From a virus (Duplodnaviria; Caudoviricetes), in the IMG/VR virus record IMGVR_UViG_3300021387_001774, positions 199,687 through 263,686 of that record: a stretch of DNA of 64,000 bases; one strand, 5' to 3'. The stretch's first letter is position 1, and the number at the start of each line of letters is the position of its first letter. Below the pieces are notes generated by a model, which ran no database searches, was not told where the DNA came from, and saw only the letters and a list, made by a program, of their open reading frames with translations. The position numbers were made by a program, and so were the translations under genes. Below, piece by piece: positions 40,317 through 48,412 of the stretch.

Positions 40317-40541
40317 ATGGCAGTTGTTAGAATTAATAAAGCTGGTAAAAGAATCCATCATCGTAATCCTTCGGGATTCATAAATAAAATAAGGTATTTG
40401 TTATGCGAATCAAAAAGAGATATTGGTAAACTACGATATATTGTTAAATATGAAATAGATTATACTAATTGTGGTAAAGCGACTTGGGATCATGCATATT
40501 CGATGGCTTTGAAACTAATAATTAATGGAGATACTTTATAA
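40317..40541 (+). CDS. small hypothetical protein
   Basis: AAGGAG RBS. Confidence 0.75.
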   Translation: MAVVRINKAGKRIHHRNPSGFINKIRYLLCESKRDIGKLRYIVKYEIDYTNCGKATWDHAYSMALKLIINGDTL

Positions 40542-40551
40542 GGAGTTATAT

Positions 40552-42963
40552 ATGTCAGATAGAGTTGAAGATAAAAAGAAATTATATCTTGATGATGCCA
40601 TTAAACATCTAGATGATATAGAACACATTCGTTTACGTGTTTCTATGTATCTTGGTACTATTGGTACATTAGGATTGTATAAATTGGATTGTGAACCTAT
40701 TCAGAATGCTTTGGATGAAGCTATGGAAGGTTTCGGTACAAAAGTTAAAGTAACATTAGACTCTAATCAAAATCTTATGGTTGTGGAAGATTGGGGTCGT
40801 GGTATTCCTGTTACTAAAATGAAAGCGGTATTTACTGAATCTCATACCGGTGGTAAATTCAATAATGATACTTATAAATTTCATGCTGGTGCTAACGGAA
40901 CAGGTAATGCAGTTTTAGCAGCACTTTCTAATTGGTTAAAAGTTGAAGTATATCGTGAAGGTTATGAATATGAAGGAGAAAAAGTTCCTGCTAAACATGG
41001 AATTATTGTACTTGAACGAGGTGTTTTGAAAGAAGAGTTTTATGAGGATCTTCCTAAAGGAATTCCTTCTGGAAAACATAGAGGTACAACTGTTTCATAC
41101 ATAACGGATGATTCCGTATTGAAAACTACTGAACATGATGTTAAAAGACTTTGTGATCAATTTAATAACTTATCATATTCTAATAATGGAATTGAATTCA
41201 TATTTGATCATGATGGTACTGTTGATAGGTTTTATCACACTGGTGGTATCGAAGAACAGATTAAAGATTTTATTCATGCTAAGAAAATCCATCCAATTAT
41301 TCCAACAGTTACTTTTTATAAAGATGAACCACATTTTGACTTTAATGTAATATTTACATATGGAACAAAGAACTCTGGTGATTCTAACGTTGTTTCTTAT
41401 GTTAATGGTAATACAACTCCATTACATGGATATCATGTAGGATCTGTAAGAGCTGGAGCATCATTAGCGTTAACAGATTATGCAAAAGAAAATCAAGATC
41501 TTATTCCTAAGTCTTTTAAAGATAATCTTTCTGGTACACTTATTAGTGATAACTTAGTTATTGTAATTGGTGTTAGACATGAAGATCCATTGTTTGATGG
41601 ACAGACGAAAGACAGTTTTAAATCCCCAGATGTACAAGAACCAATAAAACAAACTACACGACGTGTATTTGGTAAGTGGCTTAGAGATAATCCACAACAT
41701 GCAAAGAAACTTATCAATCTTATGATTGATTATGCTAAGTATGAAGAAGAAAGAAAGAAACTTAAGAAAAATCTTATAGAAACTAAAGCTACGAAAAGCG
41801 TTTTTGCAGCTAATGGTATAGATCCTAATAAGTATACTACTTGTAGAAGTAATAATCCTGAAGAACGTGAACTATTTATTGTTGAAGGAGAATCTGCTGG
41901 TGGTTCTGTAGCATTGGCTCAAGATCGTCAATTCCAAGCATTATATATGCTTACTGGTAAGATTCTCAATGTTATAAAGGCTAGTCCAAATAATCTTAGT
42001 AAAGTAATTCTGGATCTTGTACAAGCTCTTGGTATGGGACTTCCTAATGCTGGACCTGTAAATTATAAGAACTTACAATATCATAAAATTATTATTCTGA
42101 CTGATGCTGATGATGATGGTGCACATATTGCCACACTTCTATTAGCATTCTTCTGGAGATTTTATCCAAAGATTATCGAAGAAGGAAAGGTATTTATTGC
42201 TAATCCTCCAATTAAGAAATTAACAATGTCTGATGGTAAGTATTTCTATATTCATACTGATGCTGATTATAACAGACTTATGAGAAAGTTTAATGCTGAA
42301 TTATTTGATCTCGTCAGTATAAAGACTAATAAAGTTCTTAGTAAGTCTTTGTTTGAAGAGTTTATTTATCATTGTACTAATTATGATATTCTTATTAATA
42401 ACCATTGTAAATCTCTTGCAATGGAACCAGATCTTCTAGAACATATTGTAGTAAATATTAATACTCTTATGGAATGTGATGAAAATATGAGTTCTAAAGC
42501 AAATATGGAATTCTATAAGAAAACAGGATATAGAGTAACAAGAAGCGATAATATTTATTTCACATTTGATAAAGGTGTTACCCACTTTAATCTAAAAATG
42601 GATAAAGGGTTCATGGATCATCATTTCTCTATTATTAGAGAAAAGCTTGAAGAGATTATGATTTATGGTGTATATCTTAGAGGAAAGAAATCTGGAAAAG
42701 AATATCGTGGAACGATATATTATTTAATGAGTATCATGAATTCTATACTAGGACAGAAAATCGAAATAAACAGGTTTAAGGGTCTTGGTGAAATGGAATA
42801 TTATGAACTTAGTGAAACAGCAGTAAATCCTGCAACTAGAAGATTAACTAGAGTAAACATGGAAGATGCTAGCAAAGCTGAAAAAGCTATGAATTTATTT
42901 ATGAGTGATCAGAATATTAAATTCAAGCGATTTTACTATGCTGGGAAAGTAGATTTTGACTAA
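40552..42963 (+). CDS. gyrB: type IIA topoisomerase subunit B (GyrB/ParE-like)
   Basis: EPIQNALDE, DWGRGIP, HTGGKF, GANGTG, VEGESA, DADDDG, RFKGLGEM; AAGGAG before ATG 40552. Confidence 0.93.
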   Translation: MSDRVEDKKKLYLDDAIKHLDDIEHIRLRVSMYLGTIGTLGLYKLDCEPIQNALDEAMEGFGTKVKVTLDSNQNLMVVEDWGRGIPVTKMKAVFTESHTGGKFNNDTYKFHAGANGTGNAVLAALSNWLKVEVYREGYEYEGEKVPAKHGIIVLERGVLKEEFYEDLPKGIPSGKHRGTTVSYITDDSVLKTTEHDVKRLCDQFNNLSYSNNGIEFIFDHDGTVDRFYHTGGIEEQIKDFIHAKKIHPIIPTVTFYKDEPHFDFNVIFTYGTKNSGDSNVVSYVNGNTTPLHGYHVGSVRAGASLALTDYAKENQDLIPKSFKDNLSGTLISDNLVIVIGVRHEDPLFDGQTKDSFKSPDVQEPIKQTTRRVFGKWLRDNPQHAKKLINLMIDYAKYEEERKKLKKNLIETKATKSVFAANGIDPNKYTTCRSNNPEERELFIVEGESAGGSVALAQDRQFQALYMLTGKILNVIKASPNNLSKVILDLVQALGMGLPNAGPVNYKNLQYHKIIILTDADDDGAHIATLLLAFFWRFYPKIIEEGKVFIANPPIKKLTMSDGKYFYIHTDADYNRLMRKFNAELFDLVSIKTNKVLSKSLFEEFIYHCTNYDILINNHCKSLAMEPDLLEHIVVNINTLMECDENMSSKANMEFYKKTGYRVTRSDNIYFTFDKGVTHFNLKMDKGFMDHHFSIIREKLEEIMIYGVYLRGKKSGKEYRGTIYYLMSIMNSILGQKIEINRFKGLGEMEYYELSETAVNPATRRLTRVNMEDASKAEKAMNLFMSDQNIKFKRFYYAGKVDFD

Positions 42964-42978
42964 AAGGAGAGTCGGAGA

Positions 42979-43518
42979 ATGAGTATATTAGCTATAGCTA
43001 CAGAGTTTAATCGTTTGGTTAAATCTAAATCTGGACCTATCTCTGATGATTATAACGTTCAATTGAATGTGGAATTATTTAGAGATACTGTGTCCAATAT
43101 TTTTAATAACGAAATGTTAAAACTTAAGATAGAAGTTCTTACAGAATATTCTGTTGATAGTAAAGAGTTTGTTGATTATATTAAAACCAAGATAATCAAT
43201 TTAGATTATTCATTTTTACCATCTGGTATTAATAGAGAAGACACATTATGTATTTGCTCAGCCACATTAAAAAATGACTATAAAATCATTGGTACCTTTG
43301 TTTGTCAAAAAGGTAAATATGTTAAGAAAACTATGGAAAATAGAGCGTTTGATGATGTGCTGGATAAACTAAAAACTTTAGAACGATATTATCTTATGAA
43401 TAAACTGTTTGAAGTAAACGATAAAATAAATAACTTAAGAATGGTCAAAATGGATATTGAAAGAAATTTAATTAATCTAATCAAAAACAATAAAGTTATT
43501 ATTCCAATAGTTTTCTAA
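42979..43518 (+). CDS. hypothetical protein
   Basis: AAGGAG/GGAG RBS. Confidence 0.75.
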   Translation: MSILAIATEFNRLVKSKSGPISDDYNVQLNVELFRDTVSNIFNNEMLKLKIEVLTEYSVDSKEFVDYIKTKIINLDYSFLPSGINREDTLCICSATLKNDYKIIGTFVCQKGKYVKKTMENRAFDDVLDKLKTLERYYLMNKLFEVNDKINNLRMVKMDIERNLINLIKNNKVIIPIVF

Positions 43519-43539
43519 ATTTTATTATAACATATAAAT

Positions 43540-43726
43540 ATACTTGTATGTACACGAATTGAATTTTGAAATTTTTGATTAAAGAAATTTGCCTTTTTGT
43601 AGGAAGTGTTATGAACATAGTATAACCCACTAGTTTATAACGCGGGTCGTATCAATGGGTTAGATACGATAACATAACCTCGTGACTACATATTTCCCTT
43701 AGTCACGAGGTTATTATTTTTTTTTT
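43540..43726 (+). ncRNA. candidate late sRNA S4 (pseudoknot-capable, anti-SD terminator loop)
   Basis: Late promoter at 43529; TCGTATC/GATACGA hairpin whose loop TGGGTTA can pair with upstream TAACCCA; 14-bp terminator stem with loop ACATATTTCCCTT. Confidence 0.55.
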
Positions 43727-43793
43727 GAATCAATGTATGGTTTTCTAGTTTTTACCGCATTGATTAGAAAAATTTAAAACGATATATTTTTAT

Positions 43794-43904
43794 GCCTGCG
43801 TTTTGTCATTTTCGGTAATGGTTGATAGAAATGTTTGAAAGACACCTTATAAAGGTGAATCGAATGAGCAGTCTATCATAGAGGTTCAAAACCTTTCGTG
43901 GGCG
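43794..43904 (+). ncRNA. 111-nt tRNA-like RNA with extended anticodon arm
   Basis: Acceptor GCCTGCG/CGTGGGC, D-like hairpin TCATT/AATGG, TGATAGA/TCTATCA enclosing CACCTT/AAGGTG, T arm AGAGG-TTCAAAA-CCTTT. Confidence 0.65.
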
Positions 43905-44052
43905 TTTGACAATTCAGACTGTCATGTCCCCTTATTGGCGGGTGTTTTTCATGCTTTCCTCCTTATTCATGTTAAACATTAGGGATACGGTGCTCCTGAA
44001 TGGTTACTTGCTCGTACTGATGTACTGCTGTCGTTGACAGCAGTACTTTTTT
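43905..44052 (+). ncRNA. candidate antisense sRNA S5 in the tRNA-like trailer
   Basis: Hairpin TGTTT..CATG/CATG..AAACA presenting loop CTTTCCTCCTTATT; terminator GTACTGCTGTC/GACAGCAGTAC. Confidence 0.6.
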
Positions 44053-44093
44053 ATTACAAAAAACATTACTATATATTTATTTAATATATAAGG

Positions 44094-44546
44094 ATGAAGA
44101 TTATGTTTGGTTATGAATCTTTATATAGACCCATGACTGTAAAACTAAAACCTAAAGATTCATATTCAACTATAAAGAAATTCCATAATAAATATAAAAA
44201 ATATAATAATTTTATATTTTTGACTAAGTCTTATGAAGATCTTTATAATCTTCATCAAGATCGATATTTATTACAATTAACAGATGGAATATCATATGAA
44301 TCGTTTATGTTTAATATTGTAAAAGACAATTATGGGTATTGTATTTATGATAATAAAGAAATAAGACGATTTAGAAATAAAAATAATGCTCTTAAATATA
44401 AAATAAGTAAATCTTTTTTAAAAACATTTGATAAATATACTAATTCTGTAGAAGTTTTTTGTTTCAAATATAATGGTACAGAGCATGATGAATTTGAGTT
44501 TATAAATAATTCTTATTACAATGGAAGGAGAGTAAAGATAAAATGA
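44094..44546 (+). CDS. hypothetical late protein
   Basis: Late promoter at 44062; N-terminal GYE motif. Confidence 0.7.
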   Translation: MKIMFGYESLYRPMTVKLKPKDSYSTIKKFHNKYKKYNNFIFLTKSYEDLYNLHQDRYLLQLTDGISYESFMFNIVKDNYGYCIYDNKEIRRFRNKNNALKYKISKSFLKTFDKYTNSVEVFCFKYNGTEHDEFEFINNSYYNGRRVKIK

Positions 44547-44737
44547 AAGAAATTAGAAAATATCAATCTTATTCTCCTTGTATGGAGAGATTATCAGATG
44601 TAGAATCTGAAGAAGTGGGAGTTTATGCTTGTTCACAAGGAATGTTCGAAGCACCAAATCAAAATTCAAATATTATTGGTGGTTACATTCTGAACGAAGA
44701 AGATAATAAAAAAGAAGAGGTAGATGAAGATGAGTGA
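44543..44737 (+). CDS. small acidic protein
   Basis: AAGGAG RBS. Confidence 0.65.
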   Translation: MKEIRKYQSYSPCMERLSDVESEEVGVYACSQGMFEAPNQNSNIIGGYILNEEDNKKEEVDEDE

Positions 44738-45578
44738 TACTATGTCATACGAATCATTATATAACGAATTGAGTACAGAAGAAGTTATACCTAATCAGTA
44801 TTTTTTCTTTATGAGACTATATAATGCAGTTTATAAATCTAAATTAAATCCTACTGCTACACTTGATAAAGCGATCAAATTTGTTGATCAAAAAACTAAT
44901 GATCCAGTAGGTCATTTCAATCACGCTGCTTGTTCATATAAATTAACTGATGATTTTACAGGATTAACTACTAACAGTAAAGGTGAACCATATGCAGTAA
45001 AAATAGAATCTTGTGAAGTTACAGATTATAATAGATATATGAAATCTACAGATATTACTAAATCTGAATTTGCAGTATATGCTTTACCAGTAACTAAAGA
45101 AGAATGGGAAAATATTAGGCATTTTCTTGATCTCGAAATTAGAGATCCAAAAATTAGATATGGTACTCTTTCATTAGTTGGTTTCGCTGTAGATAAGATT
45201 GGTAAAAAACTTGCACGTAATACAGTGTATGGTAAAGAAGATATCCCTCTTCAATTTTCAAAACAAAATGATCAACTTCAATATAATGATGAAGAAATGA
45301 TTGGTAAAAAAGATAGCCTTGTTTGTTCATCATTTGTTGGATATGTTTTAAATAAGTTTACTAGTTATAAAAATACTTTTGATAGAACTGCTACAAACTT
45401 TCATCTTTTGGCTCCTTCTGATCTTACTAGGATTCCTGGAGCTAAGTATGTTTGTTCTGGTTATTTTAAAGACTATAATAAATCTGTAGCTGCTGCAGTT
45501 AAAAATAAACCGTATGATTTATTTTATACACCATTTTTAAGCGAGGTTAGAACTGGATGCTCCCCGATGAAAAAATAA
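44724..45578 (+). CDS. permuted papain-like (NlpC/P60, YiiX-type) amidase/peptidase
   Basis: His motif FNHAAC precedes Cys motif LVCSSFVGYVL; downstream LAPSDL. Confidence 0.7.
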   Translation: MKMSDTMSYESLYNELSTEEVIPNQYFFFMRLYNAVYKSKLNPTATLDKAIKFVDQKTNDPVGHFNHAACSYKLTDDFTGLTTNSKGEPYAVKIESCEVTDYNRYMKSTDITKSEFAVYALPVTKEEWENIRHFLDLEIRDPKIRYGTLSLVGFAVDKIGKKLARNTVYGKEDIPLQFSKQNDQLQYNDEEMIGKKDSLVCSSFVGYVLNKFTSYKNTFDRTATNFHLLAPSDLTRIPGAKYVCSGYFKDYNKSVAAAVKNKPYDLFYTPFLSEVRTGCSPMKK

Positions 45579-46312
45579 AAGCTATACGTAAAAAATATGA
45601 AACTCAATTGTATGCTCTTATGGATGATATGGATCCATCAGGATATAATACAGAACTATACAAAGAAACTTTTTCCAAAATGAGTAACAAAGATTTTATT
45701 CAAATGTGTAAAAATATGATTGCTAATGATGATCAAAATTTCTCATTTGAAATAAAGCAATTAGAAAAACCAAAAGATGGTGGTATTTCTCTAGATAAAA
45801 TAAAGAATATTGCCAAGAAATATAATATAAAACTTGTTGAGTATATGTTTATGCCATTTAGAAATCCTAATGGTGAGCCTATGTGTACTTATACAAGAGT
45901 ACCTATAGTTTATGCACCAATACGACGTTTCTTTCAGCAGATGCTTCAACACAAGAACTCTATTTCAAATAACAATACAAAGATTAATCCTATTACTGGA
46001 CAGGTAACTTCTGAAGATAAAACTGCTTCTACAACAAATATTCAGACTTATGCATTAACTATCACTAATAGAAAAAATGCTCTTAAAGAATATTTAGGAC
46101 CTCGTTCTGATGATAATGTTGCTAAACAAGAAATGTTAACTCAGATAGAGAATACGGGTAGATTTAGACTAGAAGATACAAATATTCAGACTCATAATAA
46201 ACGTTCTATAAAAACTTCTGAAGTATTTGCTAAAGCTGCTGGAGTTATTATGGAATTCGCTGGAAATGATTATAAGATTAATCTTGATGAACTAGAAGTT
46301 GAACATGAATAA
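45557..46312 (+). CDS. phage RNA polymerase beta subunit, C-terminal fragment
   Basis: QQMLQHK...NPITGQV...ALKEYLGPRSDD aligns with the beta C-terminal conserved blocks missing from 31603..36450. Confidence 0.7.
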   Translation: MLPDEKIKAIRKKYETQLYALMDDMDPSGYNTELYKETFSKMSNKDFIQMCKNMIANDDQNFSFEIKQLEKPKDGGISLDKIKNIAKKYNIKLVEYMFMPFRNPNGEPMCTYTRVPIVYAPIRRFFQQMLQHKNSISNNNTKINPITGQVTSEDKTASTTNIQTYALTITNRKNALKEYLGPRSDDNVAKQEMLTQIENTGRFRLEDTNIQTHNKRSIKTSEVFAKAAGVIMEFAGNDYKINLDELEVEHE

Positions 46313-46406
46313 AAGAATACTGGGTATTTATTACCCAGTATTCTATAACTACTGTTAAACCCCACTATCTAATTATATATTATATTAATGAAGTAAGTCG
46401 TATGAC

Positions 46407-46501
46407 TGAAACATAATAATTATAAGAGGGATAATAAGAGAAATAAAACCCCACCTCAGAGAAGAGGTCTACCGAAAGGAGATATAAACACAAGGGAAGA
46501 A
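46407..46501 (+). repeat. 95-bp perfect repeat with 57782..57876 (structured leader copy D)
   Basis: Direct sequence identity. Confidence 0.95.
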
Positions 46502-46505
46502 AATT

Positions 46506-46910
46506 ATGAAGAAAATTGAAGATGGAATCCATGACGTATCAAACTACATGTTGGCTAATCGCCAGATATTCACTGTAGAAGAAATGGAAGAGTTGAGGAA
46601 TCAATTTCTCAATATAAAGCCAGGTTATTATGTTAAACTGTGGGTTTTCAATGATGAACTATGTATACAGGTAGCCGGCGATTTTATTCTGTTAACGAAG
46701 GTCGATAAGACCGACGCAATCTTCAATCATATGGATTTAGGATTTAAAATCCGATCCATACATGGAGATTCTCTGTACGGAGAAATCGTGGATGTCTCAA
46801 AAGATATCTACGATACTAACGGTTCCCGGGTAACGCCTAAGGATTGGTTATATAGCCTCGATCATAATAGCATAAATTATGATCGAGCTTTAACTGGCCA
46901 TCGTCTTTAA
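46506..46910 (+). CDS. hypothetical early cassette protein
   Basis: Between leader D and trailer copy 2. Confidence 0.8.
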   Translation: MKKIEDGIHDVSNYMLANRQIFTVEEMEELRNQFLNIKPGYYVKLWVFNDELCIQVAGDFILLTKVDKTDAIFNHMDLGFKIRSIHGDSLYGEIVDVSKDIYDTNGSRVTPKDWLYSLDHNSINYDRALTGHRL

Positions 46911-46920
46911 TCTCCAATAA

Positions 46921-46976
46921 ACAGTAAAACTCTTTATAGAGTTTTCTGTACCGGATTGCTACGGTTTCTTTTTTTT
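46921..46976 (+). terminator. conserved 3' double-hairpin trailer, copy 2
   Basis: ACAG-T-AAAAC-TCT-TTAT-AGA-GTTTT-CTGT + ACCG/CGGT + T tract. Confidence 0.8.
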
Positions 46977-47031
46977 AATTATATATTATATTAATGAGTA
47001 AGATCGTATGATCTGAAAAATAAAATATTAA

Positions 47032-47104
47032 AACCTAAGTAGGAGAAATGAAAGGGTTGCTTCGGAGATGAAGCCTACCAGAAATGGGGATAAAGCACAA
47101 GGAG
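47032..47104 (+). promoter_or_regulatory. conserved structured 5' leader RNA, copy C
   Basis: AACCT...GGGTT, GCTTC/GAAGC, CTA, CCA-GAAA-TGG, GGATAA. Confidence 0.8.
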
Positions 47105-47111
47105 TTATATT

Positions 47112-47846
47112 ATGACTAAAGAAGAAAAGGGTATTTCGAAAGACGCAGAGTTTTCAAAACATTTTTTAACAGTATTTTCAAGTGTTATACATGCATTTAA
47201 AACTCTTCCAAAAGATGTTAAAGAAAAAATTGAAAAATCCGTCGATGAATGTTTGGTAACGTGTTCTCCTTATTCATTAACATATTTTGCTAATACATTA
47301 AAAAGATGGCAAACAAAAGATATTGTCGAAAATGAAAAGAAGGAAACGGAAACAACTGAAGATAAAACTATAACAACTTTGGCAGACTTTATTAATGAAA
47401 AGAATGAAAAGTGTATAGAATTAGGAACACCAAGGGGCGGTAATTATGAACCTTCGGATATTAAAGCCTATCGAACTCTTGCTTTAATATTGATTGACAA
47501 AGATTGTTGGTGTGATGGGTGGAAGAGAGATGCAGATTCAATGGTGCTCATTTTATCTGAAAAAGGTACACAAATGATGAGAGAATGCGTCGAGATTCTT
47601 GGAAGCGAATCATTAGAATCAAATCCATTTATTATTGATCCAGTTATTTCTTCAAGAACTTATATACAAATTAAAGGATTTTATAAAACAAACATGAAAA
47701 TTGTATTGGGTCGAAGAAATATTTCTATTGATACTGAGAAAGAATTACAGTTCATAATTGATAGACTTTGCATGTTAGGAAATACATCTAAGGAACAAAT
47801 AGTGGATTCGATTAATGACTTGAAGTCACGCTTCAACAGTTTCTAA
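47112..47846 (+). CDS. hypothetical early cassette protein
   Basis: AAGGAG RBS. Confidence 0.8.
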   Translation: MTKEEKGISKDAEFSKHFLTVFSSVIHAFKTLPKDVKEKIEKSVDECLVTCSPYSLTYFANTLKRWQTKDIVENEKKETETTEDKTITTLADFINEKNEKCIELGTPRGGNYEPSDIKAYRTLALILIDKDCWCDGWKRDADSMVLILSEKGTQMMRECVEILGSESLESNPFIIDPVISSRTYIQIKGFYKTNMKIVLGRRNISIDTEKELQFIIDRLCMLGNTSKEQIVDSINDLKSRFNSF

Positions 47847-47972
47847 AAATTCTAATTAAAAGAAAGGGCTTCGTCCCTTTCTTTTTTATAATTATTTTTA
47901 CAATTATATATTATATTAATGTAAAACCTTAGAGTTTTACAAATCTTAATTTAAGGGTGGGTAAAAGGAGAA

Positions 47973-48308
47973 ATGGTGACATTCGTTTTTAGCCATAAGA
48001 GTCAATCTGACGCGATCTCAAGTGCAGAGTATTTGCACAAAGCCATGCAGGGCGACAAAGCATATGTTAACGGTGACATATGTATTTGTGTTTCCACAAT
48101 TGATGGAAAAACAAAGAAGCCAACCTGCGAAGACGGCAATTTGGATTATGCCTTTAACGGAAAGGTATTACATCATTGTGTTCTTCTGGATGTGGGCACA
48201 ATTGATAATCCAGTAGAACCAATTGTAATGGTTCTAGACCATCCATTGGACGATAAGTATAACAGTACTTACGTTCATAAGACTTATGGTCTTGATGAGA
48301 TCGACTAA
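47973..48308 (+). CDS. hypothetical early protein
   Basis: AAGGAG RBS; early promoter at 47902. Confidence 0.8.
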   Translation: MVTFVFSHKSQSDAISSAEYLHKAMQGDKAYVNGDICICVSTIDGKTKKPTCEDGNLDYAFNGKVLHHCVLLDVGTIDNPVEPIVMVLDHPLDDKYNSTYVHKTYGLDEID

Positions 48309-48412
48309 CACACCAATTTTAAAGCCTAGCGAAATTGCTAGGCTTTATTTTTTTGTTTAAAAGGTATCGGAAAACATATTTATATACCTTATCTTTTAAT
48401 ATGGAGTAAAAT

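Noticed and set aside
43794-43904. tRNA-Sec
   Set aside because: No TCA anticodon loop and no separate long variable arm.
46385-46412. TTAATGA-stem-GAAAC as a hammerhead ribozyme
   Set aside because: The core is not CUGANGA, stems I and III are absent, and the first bases belong to the promoter.
46351-46976. Integron attC cassette array
   Set aside because: GTTRRRY fits only one copy, the units are dispersed and carry their own promoters, and no integrase is in the window.
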